This document shows, in pieces, positions 1-11,595 of a stretch of 54,454 bases of DNA. The notes beneath the pieces are model-generated. The model was not told where the DNA came from. It did not search any database and saw nothing but the letters and a program-made list of their open reading frames with translations. The position numbers and the translations under genes were made by a program. The DNA comes from a virus (taxonomy: Duplodnaviria > Caudoviricetes), in IMG/VR virus record IMGVR_UViG_3300036668_000246, positions 1-54,454 of that record; one strand, given 5' to 3'. Every line of letters begins with the position of its first letter. Within the stretch, counting starts at the first letter, position 1.

Positions 1-1752
<1,752 letters not shown>

Positions 1753-1773
1753 CTAGAAGTAGAGGTGATTTAA

Positions 1774-3606
1774 GTGGTTCAGACAAATGCAAACTTTAGC
1801 TCACGCCCGCAATACAGAATAGAACTCTTCACCGAAGCTTACGCGGTGTCTGGCGGCACTAGAATTGATGTCTCTGCCAATCTAGTAAAGTGGCAAACCG
1901 TAAATAATAGCCCAAACAGTACTGGAACTCCTCGCTCGTACTCTGTGCCCAATGGTAGGGTAAACAGCACTAGTGGCACCTTGGTACCGTCGGGCGGGGA
2001 CAGCAATCTAAGCTTCGACTTCAACTATGCTGCAGGTCAAAGCTTTACCATATATAGCGGATTCAGCAGGTACATACCTTCCGCAAATGGCAGCACTACT
2101 GTTTCTATTTCCGCGAGTCACAGCTTGCTGGGCTCAGCTACTGCAACTGTAAGTGTAGCCCAAGTTGTTACTGTAGTTAATAGAACTATCTCTTTTAATG
2201 GTAACGGCGGAGACACCCCGAGCTCTCAAACCGTGAGTGAAGGCAGTACAATATCTCTGCCGTCATCCTCACGATCCGGTTACACTTTTGACTACTGGAT
2301 TATAGGCGGGTCAGCATACTATGCTAGCCAAAACTATACTGTCAACAGTGACGTAACTGCGACCGCTAGCTGGACTGCCAACACTCCTGCTCCTAGTTTC
2401 AGTGACGGCCTGGACTTTCCTTACAGTATGCGCGTCGGGACTTACTATTATGAGCCGTTTACCGCCAATAATACCACTAACTATCAGCTGATCCAAACCG
2501 TCTCTGGGTTAACTATATATAATGCAAATAGCACCAGTGGATTTATAGCTGGTACTGTCTCCGCATCTCCCGGAGGGTACACATTCATTGTTAGAGCTAA
2601 TGGTCCTGGCGGGTCTACTGACACTTCAAGAACCGTATACATCAGCCCCGCCCTTCCACAGTGGACGGACACCTCTGTAACGAGTAGCGGGAGATTAGGA
2701 GCTTACTATAGTTCAAGCTTTTCTGCCACATACGCCACTTCTTGGGTAATCAGTGGGGTACCTAGCGGGCTAACTACTTCTGGGACGTCCTCTTCTACGG
2801 TGACAATATCAGGGACGCCTACAAGTGCTGGAACTTACACCTTTAATGCAACGCCTCGAAATTCAGACAACGAGGCAGCTTCTACTGAGTACTTTACAAT
2901 AACGATCACCCCTAGACTTCCTGTCTGGTCCGACACATCTTTAACAACTACCGCCCGCGTTGGTGTCACGTATAGCAGTACCATTTCTGCAAATTATGTA
3001 CACAATTGGAGTGTTGTAAGCCTAGAGGGTGTGGGGTTATTTTTTAACGAACAAACAAACCAGACTGCTCTCAGTACGTCGACACTTTCAGGAACTCCCA
3101 CAAGTTTTGGTAACTTATCCTTTAGCCTAACTCCCAGGAATTCCGCCAATGAGGCAACAACAACGGAAAATTACTCAATAACAATATATGATGCCTCAGT
3201 TGTTTGGTCTGATCAAGTCCTAGCTTCCAGTGTTGTAGTGCAAGATGAAGCCTACTCCGATCAGGTATCAGTTGCAGCAGGCCCAGTTTCTATTACTTAC
3301 TCTGAGACCCCTGGATTCCCGCTACCACCTGGTCTGTTTGTTAACTCGACTACTGGTACTGTCACCGGGTCAGTTTCAACTCCGGGAACTTACTCATTTA
3401 AAATACGTGCCACAAACGGTAGTTCAGAGTCTATCGATACCAGTCTACTAAGCCTATCTGTTGAAGCGGCTGGAGGCTATGTAAAGGTCTGGAATGGAAC
3501 CGTTTGGGTCGACGGGACGGTAAACGTTAGGACTGCTGGCGGCTGGGTTGAAGGTACTGCTCAAGTCAGATCCGCGAGCAGCTGGGTGACCAGCTTCACT
3601 AGCTAG
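1774..3606 (+). CDS. Ser/Thr-rich adhesin-like or tail-associated protein with an InlB B-repeat-like domain and several Ig-like repeats
   Basis: RTISFNGNGG...RSGYTFDYW...VTATASW resembles the Listeria-Bacteroides (Flg_new) repeat; repeated P-x-W-x-D...ISGTPT-x-G-x-Y-x-F and LPPGL...TGTVTG Ig-like units; GAGG upstream of the start. Confidence 0.7.
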   Translation: MVQTNANFSSRPQYRIELFTEAYAVSGGTRIDVSANLVKWQTVNNSPNSTGTPRSYSVPNGRVNSTSGTLVPSGGDSNLSFDFNYAAGQSFTIYSGFSRYIPSANGSTTVSISASHSLLGSATATVSVAQVVTVVNRTISFNGNGGDTPSSQTVSEGSTISLPSSSRSGYTFDYWIIGGSAYYASQNYTVNSDVTATASWTANTPAPSFSDGLDFPYSMRVGTYYYEPFTANNTTNYQLIQTVSGLTIYNANSTSGFIAGTVSASPGGYTFIVRANGPGGSTDTSRTVYISPALPQWTDTSVTSSGRLGAYYSSSFSATYATSWVISGVPSGLTTSGTSSSTVTISGTPTSAGTYTFNATPRNSDNEAASTEYFTITITPRLPVWSDTSLTTTARVGVTYSSTISANYVHNWSVVSLEGVGLFFNEQTNQTALSTSTLSGTPTSFGNLSFSLTPRNSANEATTTENYSITIYDASVVWSDQVLASSVVVQDEAYSDQVSVAAGPVSITYSETPGFPLPPGLFVNSTTGTVTGSVSTPGTYSFKIRATNGSSESIDTSLLSLSVEAAGGYVKVWNGTVWVDGTVNVRTAGGWVEGTAQVRSASSWVTSFTS

Positions 3607-3961
3607 GCTTCTTCTTCCTAGTGCGAGTTACTGGCTTGTGTAGGCTCTCAACTATTTTCATCTCTCTGGTCTGAACTTTTTGGAGGCCAATAGTTAAATC
3701 ACGAATAATATCCAACTGAGACGATACTTTTATTACGTGATTTTCAATATTATTCACACGATCTGCCAGCGAGCCCCCGCCATTCTCCCATAGTTGGTGC
3801 TCGACCCTATCTAAGCGGTCTGCTACTGACCTGCCGTCCTTATCAATGCCAAGCGCATCATCGACACGCTTTGCTATCCGATAAACAGCGACCATAGCCG
3901 CAATTAAGACACCAAAAGCAGTAATTGATGCTGCCACGGCCATCAGGAGTTCATTGTTCAT
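3599..3961 (-). CDS. Small membrane-anchored coiled-coil protein (possible holin-like or lysis-associated protein)
   Basis: One N-terminal hydrophobic helix, NGGGSLADRVNNIE motif typical of actinophage membrane proteins, basic C-terminus. Confidence 0.5.
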   Translation of the reverse strand: MNNELLMAVAASITAFGVLIAAMVAVYRIAKRVDDALGIDKDGRSVADRLDRVEHQLWENGGGSLADRVNNIENHVIKVSSQLDIIRDLTIGLQKVQTREMKIVESLHKPVTRTRKKKPS

Positions 3962-4007
3962 ATATACTTAGTCCTACCTGGGAGAGTGATTAGGTTTGCT
4001 TTTACCC

Positions 4008-4020
4008 ATTTTACCCTACT
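4008..4020 (-). promoter_or_regulatory. Conserved promoter-like motif AGTAGGGTAAAAT (copy 1)
   Basis: 13-bp identity with 37225-37237 and 11-bp identity with 46437-46447; contains the TAAAAT hexamer; lies upstream of the gene starting at 3961. Confidence 0.6.
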
Positions 4021-4088
4021 AAGGGCCCCCCGATTCGGGAGTCTAGCCATTAAGTTGGTCACTCCTTACAATCTTTTAAAACATTTTT

Positions 4089-4127
4089 TGCGTTTTGTTT
4101 TGCAAACGCACTTAAAAGGTGTAAGCT
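4089..4127 (+). promoter_or_regulatory. Putative promoter for the primase operon with overlapping inverted repeat
   Basis: TTGCAA-16 nt-TAAGCT; 7-bp inverted repeat TGCGTTT-N8-AAACGCA (4089-4110) overlaps the -35 element. Confidence 0.4.
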
Positions 4128-4149
4128 GATGACAGATTTTGGAGAACTA

Positions 4150-4185
4150 ATGACTACTCGCAATTACGGAAGATTGGTAAAATAA
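4150..4185 (+). CDS. Putative 11-aa leader mini-ORF (MTTRNYGRLVK) coupled to the primase gene
   Basis: GGAGA upstream of ATG 4150; its TAA overlaps the primase ATG (TAATG). Confidence 0.35.
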   Translation: MTTRNYGRLVK

Positions 4186-6890
4186 TGGGAGACTGGACCT
4201 CAGCTGACGGACGACTCGGTCCTGCAGCTAAATACTACGCTCAGACTCTCAACTGGCAAGTTTTTCCTGTACACGGCATAGACCTTGTTGGTAAGTGCAC
4301 TTGCGGTAGGGCACATAAGGAGACTAAAGAAATTGCCAAACACCCGGCTTCGCCGCAGGGCCAGAAAGACGCAACAACTGACACTGTCAAACTAAACGCA
4401 TGGTGGGAAGAAAACCCTAGATATAACGTTGCCCTTTTCGCAAAAGAGTCAGGTTATTTTGTAATCGATATTGACCCAAGGTCCGGTGGTGACGCATCCT
4501 TTGAGAAGCTTAAAGAGATGGCTAAAGATGCCCTGCCCCCGACTGTAGAGGCAATAACAGGCGTTTATTGGAGCAAGGAAACTGGCGAACATGTTCGCGG
4601 GCGTCACATGATATATAAATGCTCCCCCGATGAGAAATTTATCGGTAATTTTAACGCTAAAGGCCTTGGCGGTATAGACATAAAGCATAACGGCTATGTA
4701 TTGATTGCCCCATCAAGGCACCATTCAGGGGTGACCTATGAATGGAAAGAAGGCCACGCTCCTTGGAACATAGAGGTTGCAGAGGCACCAGAAGAGCTTC
4801 TCAACATAATACGCGTCAGATCAGTGCAGAGGAGCGCATCTGGCACTAGCTATTCAGTTGGTGACTGGGACTTTCTAGACGGACTTTCACTTGGAGACGG
4901 CCGTGTAGATATAAAAAAGATCTTAGAAGAAGGCATATCAGAAGGCAACAGAGCAGTAGGCCTGTACTCGCTTGCTTGCGCTCTAGCCAATAAGTTTGGT
5001 ACAACAGTAGACGGAAGACTAGCAGTAGAGTCCATGATGCTTAGGTTTAATGCAGAAATGGTCAGGCCGCCTATGGAAATAGAGGGCCCTAACTCGATCC
5101 TGATGCACACCAGGAGAGCACTCGACTGGGTGGCCGATAACCCCAAGACGAATCTCTACTGGGATGGCATCTCAGATTGGGTTAAAGATCAGGGTATGGA
5201 AGTTGGCTCAAATCTACAACGTCAGTTCTTATCGCCAGTCACCTCTTCTACTGCTTTTAATTACGAAACTGATGAAGGTACATACTTAGCACCCTTAGGT
5301 GAAGAAGATGGCATTACCAAGAATACTGCAAATAATATTGGTGATCAAATGGCGTCATTTGCAGCGGAGGGTCGTGGCCTCAAGGAAGTCGCACTGGGTG
5401 GTAATCTAAATCTGCCTAAAGATGTCGATGCCTTAAGCGGAGACGCTGGCGGGCGGCCTGGATTTAGGAGTCTCTCTGATGTCGGTAACGGTAGGCGACT
5501 AGTTGACTCTTTTGGGTCAACTATTAGATATACCCCAGACGTTGGTTGGTTTGTCTGGGATGGGAATTACTGGAAGCCCGATGCTCAAAAGTTATCTATT
5601 AGAGAAGTATCTAAGATGGTCTCCACAGTTACCGCTAGCGAAGTTATAAACTATGGACCTGATGACGCTAGAGCTTCTGAGATAGTTAAATGGGCTAACC
5701 AGGCTAAGTCAAACTCTAGAATTACCTCAATGATCGAGCAAGCAACCTCAGACACCCGCATACAAGTAAACATTAACGAGTGGGATAGCAGCCCCACTTT
5801 GCTAGGTGTAGCTAACGGAGTAGTCGATCTAAAAACTGGAGAGCTAAAGAGTGGACGACCGGATCTCCACATAACTAGGCGATCTCCTATCTCGTACGTG
5901 CCCGGTATGACCAACATCAGGTGGTCCACTTTTTTGGATGAAGCCACTAACGGAGACAAGGAAATGCAAGCCTGGCTCCAGCGGGCAGTCGGGTATACCC
6001 TCACTGGGTTGAATAATCAAGACGTTCTTTTCTTGATCTACGGACCTCCGGGTTCAGGTAAGAATACTTTCATTGAGACAATATATGAGGCATTAGGTAA
6101 ATCTGAGTATGCATGGGCACTAGACCCTAACGTGCTTGCACTTGGCGATCGAATGAACTCCACCGATGAGTACCACATGGCCGAACTACGTGGTCGTCGC
6201 ATGATCTGGGTGGATGAGCTCCCTGAGAGTGAGCGTATCAAGGAAAATCAGGTCAAAAAGCTGACTGGTTCTGGTACTCTACAGGGGCGATCCCCTGGAG
6301 AAAAGCCGATCCAGTTCACCTCGCACGGCAAGCTGTGGATTTCTACAAACCACCGTCCTATTATTACAGACGATGCTATGTGGCGTCGTATGCGACCTAT
6401 TCCTCTGACAAATAAGCCAGAGGTACCGGACCCTAGCCTAAAAGAGTATTTGGCCGACCCAGAAGGAGCTCTTCCAGCAGTCTTAGCATGGGCAGTAGAA
6501 GGTGCTGTTAAATATCTTAACTCCAGTGCAGTTGACCCGTTGGGTTGGTGTACGAGGGTGAAAGAAGCTCATGATGTTTACAAAAAGAATGAAGATAGAA
6601 TCGGAGCTTTCCTAGACGAGGAGATCAAAGTTGTGGTAGGAGCGTCTATAAACCTATCGTCCCTGTTCCAACTATATAAGAACTGGAGCTATGCTCGTGA
6701 TGAGAAAAATCTCACTCAGATTGGATTCCAACGGAAACTTTCTGATAGAGGTATAGAGATAATTGGAGTTGGCAACAAGGCAACCATCCTAGGATATCAA
6801 ATGGGCCTAAGGGAAGTTCCGAGTACTACTATGATAGACTACAGCGCACACGCTAGATACGCAGCTGGAACTCCAGGTGGGAACTTTTAG
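4185..6890 (+). CDS. Bifunctional primase-polymerase fused to a D5-like SF3 helicase
   Basis: Prim-pol motifs CTCG, VIDIDPR, RGRHMIY, GIDIKHNGYVLIAPS; GNR primase C-terminal motif; D5_N segment (WFVWDGNYW, NGVVDLKTG); Walker A GPPGSGKNT, Walker B WVDE, TNHRP and DDAMWRR. Confidence 0.93.
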   Translation: MGDWTSADGRLGPAAKYYAQTLNWQVFPVHGIDLVGKCTCGRAHKETKEIAKHPASPQGQKDATTDTVKLNAWWEENPRYNVALFAKESGYFVIDIDPRSGGDASFEKLKEMAKDALPPTVEAITGVYWSKETGEHVRGRHMIYKCSPDEKFIGNFNAKGLGGIDIKHNGYVLIAPSRHHSGVTYEWKEGHAPWNIEVAEAPEELLNIIRVRSVQRSASGTSYSVGDWDFLDGLSLGDGRVDIKKILEEGISEGNRAVGLYSLACALANKFGTTVDGRLAVESMMLRFNAEMVRPPMEIEGPNSILMHTRRALDWVADNPKTNLYWDGISDWVKDQGMEVGSNLQRQFLSPVTSSTAFNYETDEGTYLAPLGEEDGITKNTANNIGDQMASFAAEGRGLKEVALGGNLNLPKDVDALSGDAGGRPGFRSLSDVGNGRRLVDSFGSTIRYTPDVGWFVWDGNYWKPDAQKLSIREVSKMVSTVTASEVINYGPDDARASEIVKWANQAKSNSRITSMIEQATSDTRIQVNINEWDSSPTLLGVANGVVDLKTGELKSGRPDLHITRRSPISYVPGMTNIRWSTFLDEATNGDKEMQAWLQRAVGYTLTGLNNQDVLFLIYGPPGSGKNTFIETIYEALGKSEYAWALDPNVLALGDRMNSTDEYHMAELRGRRMIWVDELPESERIKENQVKKLTGSGTLQGRSPGEKPIQFTSHGKLWISTNHRPIITDDAMWRRMRPIPLTNKPEVPDPSLKEYLADPEGALPAVLAWAVEGAVKYLNSSAVDPLGWCTRVKEAHDVYKKNEDRIGAFLDEEIKVVVGASINLSSLFQLYKNWSYARDEKNLTQIGFQRKLSDRGIEIIGVGNKATILGYQMGLREVPSTTMIDYSAHARYAAGTPGGNF

Positions 6891-6904
6891 GTCTAAGGAG
6901 CAGT

Positions 6905-7723
6905 ATGAAAATCTTTATAGCTACACCAATGTATGGCGGTATTGCCAAAAGCAATTACACTATAAGTTTGCAAAACCTAGTTACTAGACTAGCTCAGGGC
7001 GGTCATACGGTAGGAGTTACAACAGTCGGTAACGAAAGTTTGATTACTAGAGCTAGAAACACCCTTGCACATAAGTTCTTAAAGACGGATTTTGACGTAC
7101 TTTTATTTATCGATGGAGACCATGGTTTTGATTCGGAAGATGTACTAAAAATGATTGAATCCGACAAGGATATAATCGGTGCGATCTACCCGATGAAGGG
7201 CATTAACTGGGAAAATGTTAGACTTGCAGCACTAGCAGGGTTCCAAGATCTTTCAATTTTTTCTGGGTATTTTGCATCTAACCTACTTCCTGAATCTACA
7301 AAGGATTTTGACAGTGATCAGCCTTTTAAGGTCAAAGACATGGGCACCGGCATGATGGCAATCAAGCGCTCTGTCCTTGAGGAGCTCAAGCAGGTACTAC
7401 CCACTTATAAAAGTAACTCTATTGGTAATTTAGGTATCGACATGGGAGAGCAGGTTACTGAGTTCTTTACAACTAGAATTGACGAAAACGGAATTCTTCT
7501 ATCAGAGGACTACACCTTCTGCAGAATGTGGCAAGAAGCTGGAAATGACGTGTGGGCAGCCCCATGGGTTAGGATAACCCACTCAGGTGATTATAATTTT
7601 AATGGCACTTTTACTGCCTCAGTTCAGATCGAAGAGGTTAGGCAGGAGCTGCTAAGAAGGCAAGAAGCTGCTAAGTTGGAACTTGCATCTACAGAAGCGG
7701 AAGAAAAAGAACCTTCTAAATAG
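6905..7723 (+). CDS. Phage GT-A-fold glycosyltransferase-like protein
   Basis: IATPMYGG, ESLITRARN, LLFIDGD (DxD), GTGMMAIKR, LSEDYTFC motifs; AAGGAG ribosome binding site. Confidence 0.75.
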   Translation: MKIFIATPMYGGIAKSNYTISLQNLVTRLAQGGHTVGVTTVGNESLITRARNTLAHKFLKTDFDVLLFIDGDHGFDSEDVLKMIESDKDIIGAIYPMKGINWENVRLAALAGFQDLSIFSGYFASNLLPESTKDFDSDQPFKVKDMGTGMMAIKRSVLEELKQVLPTYKSNSIGNLGIDMGEQVTEFFTTRIDENGILLSEDYTFCRMWQEAGNDVWAAPWVRITHSGDYNFNGTFTASVQIEEVRQELLRRQEAAKLELASTEAEEKEPSK

Positions 7724-7775
7724 TGAGAAAATAGTTACTAAGGGAAACTCCCTAGATATCCGAGGTAACTAAATA

Positions 7776-7868
7776 TTGGCTAATTCAAACCTATATGTTT
7801 GTTCAATCTGTGTAAAGCATCACGTTGTTCCATCGCTAGCGCGGGAATGCGAAAGCAAGCACAAATAA
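7776..7868 (+). CDS. Unannotated 30-aa zinc-finger-like miniprotein
   Basis: TTG start after GAGGT; translation LANSNLYVCSICVKHHVVPSLARECESKHK contains C-x2-C-x12-C-x3-H; below the ORF-track length cutoff. Confidence 0.6.
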   Translation: MANSNLYVCSICVKHHVVPSLARECESKHK

Positions 7869-7940
7869 ATATCTATTAAAGAGTAGCAAAAACCCCAACG
7901 ATGTAGTAGCATAGTCTTGACCCGTACTTAAGGAGAGATT

Positions 7941-8216
7941 ATGGCTTTAGTAGATCGAATAACGAATGCTAAGACATCATATAAGAAAACCTTCATGTGT
8001 AAGCTGATATCAGTCTTACAGGACCCAAAGCTAACTGAAGCGGACGTAGACGCCGTTATTTCGGTTATAAACTCTAGTCCGTTAGCCGAGGGTTATGTGC
8101 CGAACATACGACTCGCATACGCTCTTCGAGAAGAAGGATATGATGTAAGTTCAAGCGCAGTTGATCGCCATAGGCGTAGAGACTGTTCTTGCTATAGAGT
8201 GATAACGGGAGCATAA
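7941..8216 (+). CDS. Hypothetical protein, possible helix-turn-helix/Zn-binding
   Basis: AAGGAG RBS; C-terminal HRRRDCSC; stop overlaps the next start (TAATG). Confidence 0.6.
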   Translation: MALVDRITNAKTSYKKTFMCKLISVLQDPKLTEADVDAVISVINSSPLAEGYVPNIRLAYALREEGYDVSSSAVDRHRRRDCSCYRVITGA

Positions 8217-9421
8217 TGGATTTGGCAAAGAAACTAGAAGAGCTTCGTTCACCTGGTCGCAGTGGGTCAGATTCGAAAAAGATTGGCACCCCTGAGGATT
8301 GGCGTTCTCGCATGGATCTTGACTCAGTAAAAGGAGGATTTGTAATATCCTCTCCACGCCCGGAAGGCGAGCAGACAGCAGATGCAACTAGTGTCTTGGC
8401 TGAATTTGGATTGGATCCCCGCGATTGGGTAGTGTCGTCGATGCGAAGGGGCAAGTGGCAGAAATATGATGGGGACTATCTAGAGTCACTTCGGGTAAAT
8501 CTACTTCCAACCGGTCAGGTTGCAGAAGACAGCTTTGATGTTGAATCTCTAATGGATGAGATTAAAAAGTGGCGTCCGGCCAAAGGAATTAAAAAGTCAA
8601 CAGGGACTGGTGCTTTCTTGGCTGCCCCTAGCGACCAGCAGATTGGTAAGAAAGCTAACGGTCAGGGGACAGAGCAGTCTATAGGACGACTACTGCAATT
8701 AACTGAGAGTGCTGTACATAAGTTTGAAGCGTATAAGCGAATGGGTCTATCACTAGGAACCATATGTCTTGCCCTACCAGGAGACCACGTTGAGGGTAAC
8801 ACTAGCCAGCACGGAAGACTTCAAGGGCTTGCTGCATCAGATCTAGGGCTCACAGAGCAGACCAGAGTTGCCCGTAGATTGCTTTTAGCACAGATTAAAG
8901 CCTTTGCACCACTTACGGAGAACATGATTGTTCCTGTGATCAACGGTAACCATGATGAGGTAACTCGTCAAGTTGCTGCCGACCCAGCTGACGGGTGGAA
9001 CGTAGAGATTGCGTCTGCAGTGCAAGATATCTGCGCAGAGAACCCTGCACTTGCACATGTCGAGTTCAGGTACCCGTCCAGCGGGCATCAGACGCTAACC
9101 GTGGACGTTGCTGGCACAATGTTAGGCCTATTTCACGGACACCAAGCTAGTCAGAATAACATCATGAAGTTTTTGTCCGGTCACGCAGCGGGGCAGACGG
9201 CCCTAGGTACGGCTGATCTTTGGATCTCAGGGCACTTTCACAACTTTAGGAGCATGGACATTAGCCAAAGATTGTGGCTACAGTGCCCCACAACAGATCC
9301 CGGAAGCGAATGGTACAGAGACCGTAGCGGCATGGAGTCAAAGCCCGGATTGCTGACTGCTGTTATCGGTGGAGACTTTGAGCCACGAGAATTCATAAGC
9401 GTACTAGCAGTGAGAGGTTAA
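8216..9421 (+). CDS. Calcineurin-like metallophosphoesterase / Mre11-like nuclease
   Basis: Motifs SDQQIG, GDHVEG, GNHDE, FHGH and GHFH in canonical order. Confidence 0.8.
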   Translation: MDLAKKLEELRSPGRSGSDSKKIGTPEDWRSRMDLDSVKGGFVISSPRPEGEQTADATSVLAEFGLDPRDWVVSSMRRGKWQKYDGDYLESLRVNLLPTGQVAEDSFDVESLMDEIKKWRPAKGIKKSTGTGAFLAAPSDQQIGKKANGQGTEQSIGRLLQLTESAVHKFEAYKRMGLSLGTICLALPGDHVEGNTSQHGRLQGLAASDLGLTEQTRVARRLLLAQIKAFAPLTENMIVPVINGNHDEVTRQVAADPADGWNVEIASAVQDICAENPALAHVEFRYPSSGHQTLTVDVAGTMLGLFHGHQASQNNIMKFLSGHAAGQTALGTADLWISGHFHNFRSMDISQRLWLQCPTTDPGSEWYRDRSGMESKPGLLTAVIGGDFEPREFISVLAVRG

Positions 9422-9432
9422 GTGTAAGAATA

Positions 9433-10494
9433 GTGAAGGTAGCGGTCTACACAGTTGCACTCAATGAAGAGAACTTTGTATCAAGATGGTATGAAAGCGC
9501 AAAAGACGCCGACTATCTCTTAATTGCAGATACCGGAAGCACTGATAAAACCGTGAAAATAGCAAAAAAGCTTGGAATCAACGTAATAAACGTAAAAGTC
9601 CGACCTTGGCGATTTGATGATGCACGTAATTCCTCTCTTATTTCGATTCCCGATGATGTCGACTACTGTATCGCCTTAGATATGGACGAGGTCCTCTTAC
9701 CCGGATGGCGTGAGGAGCTCGAGAATGCCCTAGAGAAGGGCTGGACGCGTCCGAGGTATGAATACACGTGGAACTGGAAAAACGACGCTGAGACCGAGCC
9801 AGGACTCCAATATGGTGGTGATAAGATTCACGCCAGAGCCGGGTACAGGTGGACGCACCCAGTTCATGAGGTTTTGACGCCCTACGGCGACATTGAGGAG
9901 ACTCAAGGGTGGGTAGGTCTCAAAATCCGCCATCATCCAGACAAAACTAAGTCAAGATCTCAGTACTTCCAGCTCTTAAAGATGTCCATAGAGGAAGCAC
10001 CAAATGACGACAGGAACGCATACTATTACGCCAGGGAGCTTTTCTTCTGGAATATGTATTCTGAGGCAATAGAAGAGTTTAAGCGCCACCTGAGTCTACC
10101 TACGGCTCTTTGGGCACCAGAACGAGCTGCCTCTATGAGGTATTTGGCCAAAATGATCCCGCTTGAGAGTGAAAAGTGGCTTCTATCAGCAATTCTCCAA
10201 GCTCCTGGTCGAAGAGAGTCCTTAGTTGAACTCTCTCAATTGTACTTCACTGAGTCTAACTGGCAGGAATGCTTGAAATACGCAAAAATGGCGTTAGATA
10301 TTGAAAATAAGCCATTGGACTTTTTATGCGAAGATTTCGCATGGGGATACCTTCCATGGGATCTGGCTGCAATTTCCAGTTACTGGCTTGGAAATAGTCA
10401 GGATTCAGTAACGTACGGCAAAATGGCCATAGAGTTAAGCCCTAAAGAACTGCGTCTAAAGAAAAATCTAGATTACTATTTAGGTAAAATTTAG
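9433..10494 (+). CDS. Family 2 glycosyltransferase with C-terminal TPR repeats
   Basis: NEE, ADTGSTDKT, FDDARN, LDMDE (DxD), PVHE; followed by helical TPR-like repeats (YYYARELFF...). Confidence 0.88.
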   Translation: MKVAVYTVALNEENFVSRWYESAKDADYLLIADTGSTDKTVKIAKKLGINVINVKVRPWRFDDARNSSLISIPDDVDYCIALDMDEVLLPGWREELENALEKGWTRPRYEYTWNWKNDAETEPGLQYGGDKIHARAGYRWTHPVHEVLTPYGDIEETQGWVGLKIRHHPDKTKSRSQYFQLLKMSIEEAPNDDRNAYYYARELFFWNMYSEAIEEFKRHLSLPTALWAPERAASMRYLAKMIPLESEKWLLSAILQAPGRRESLVELSQLYFTESNWQECLKYAKMALDIENKPLDFLCEDFAWGYLPWDLAAISSYWLGNSQDSVTYGKMAIELSPKELRLKKNLDYYLGKI

Positions 10495-10952
10495 CTATTT
10501 TTATTCTTTTCGATGAGAGCGTGGAATGCCTCTACAGCGTTAGCGCTAGTGCGACTCTGCCACGTGAACTTACACTCAGTGCAGCCAACTATTTTCATAG
10601 TTGCCCATCGGCCGCCGTCAGGCCGATCTACTGTAGCGGTTATTAGTTTGTCAGTTTTTGCACGACAGCTTGGACATAGTGGGAATTTCTTATATCGCAT
10701 CTCTTGCCCGTCCCAGTTTACGGAAAGAGTATTTCTCATCTTCTGGTAGTCTAAGCCACCCCAGATACCCCAAAGTTGCTTGCTATCAAGAGCCCACTTC
10801 ACGCAATCGCGCTTCACTGGGCACACTTCGCAAAGCTTTTTAGCTTCTATCTGCTGCGAGGGCTTATTAGCAAAGAAACTATCCATTCTATCTAGATTTT
10901 CTGGTTTAGCACACTCTGCCCTATCGTGCCAATCTGGTGATTCAATAAACAA
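10491..10952 (-). CDS. whiB: WhiB-family Fe-S transcription factor with C-terminal Zn-ribbon
   Basis: W...AEC, AKKLCEVCPVKRDC, GIWGGL; extra CPSC...CTEC. Confidence 0.9.
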   Translation of the reverse strand: MFIESPDWHDRAECAKPENLDRMDSFFANKPSQQIEAKKLCEVCPVKRDCVKWALDSKQLWGIWGGLDYQKMRNTLSVNWDGQEMRYKKFPLCPSCRAKTDKLITATVDRPDGGRWATMKIVGCTECKFTWQSRTSANAVEAFHALIEKNKNS

Positions 10953-11283
10953 TATCTACCTCCACAAAAGTTGCGTCTCGTTCATACTCTTCGTCTGATA
11001 AGTCGTAGTAGGTGGGGAATCTTTCGCCCTCAAGGTAGGAGTACCCAGCTTTAGTTATCCATGCTGCGTCTATAAGCCTATGGGCAGCGCCAATCGTCTC
11101 TGATACGCCTTCTTGCTGTATAGCAGATGCTAAAGACCTTCTGTAGGAGACATCACTGTCGAAGTATATGTGTTCACTCAGGAAGAAGATGATAGAGTCT
11201 TCTGACCCCTGGCGCGGAAAGCCGTCGCCATCCCAAGTGATCCAAGTAGGATCCTTAGGTAGTCTTAATTTTAATACGTCCAC
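10942..11283 (-). CDS. Hypothetical protein
   Basis: ORF packed in the operon and overlapping the whiB start; TAAAAT hexamer 7 nt before GTG. Confidence 0.6.
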   Translation of the reverse strand: MDVLKLRLPKDPTWITWDGDGFPRQGSEDSIIFFLSEHIYFDSDVSYRRSLASAIQQEGVSETIGAAHRLIDAAWITKAGYSYLEGERFPTYYDLSDEEYERDATFVEVDIVY

Positions 11284-11337
11284 ATAAGTAATTTTATATA
11301 AAGTTTTATTGAAGTGTACCGTAGATTACAAAATTAG

Positions 11338-11595
11338 TTAATTAGTTCCAAAAGGGCTGACTGAAGCCTGTTTTAGAGATCCAAAAGCAGTAACTATAAA
11401 TATATTGGCCTTCTGGGCCTCTTCAACCTCAGAGATAGTTTCAGCCTTAGGATAGGAAACTTTGATCTCTAAAGTAACTTTATCCAAGACGTCCTCAGCC
11501 GCGATTGCTAGAAAAGATGCAATTTTACCTATAGCTAAAGTTTTTGCTTCCTCCAGAGTCTCTGCTGCAACTTTTAGCTCAAAAGATGTTCTCAC
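11338..11595 (-). CDS. Hypothetical protein
   Basis: GTGA overlap with the upstream gene. Confidence 0.6.
   Translation of the reverse strand: MRTSFELKVAAETLEEAKTLAIGKIASFLAIAAEDVLDKVTLEIKVSYPKAETISEVEEAQKANIFIVTAFGSLKQASVSPFGTN

Noticed and set aside
4023-4044. GC-rich short hairpin as a replication origin or terminator
   Set aside because: Stem too short and no iterons visible; insufficient support
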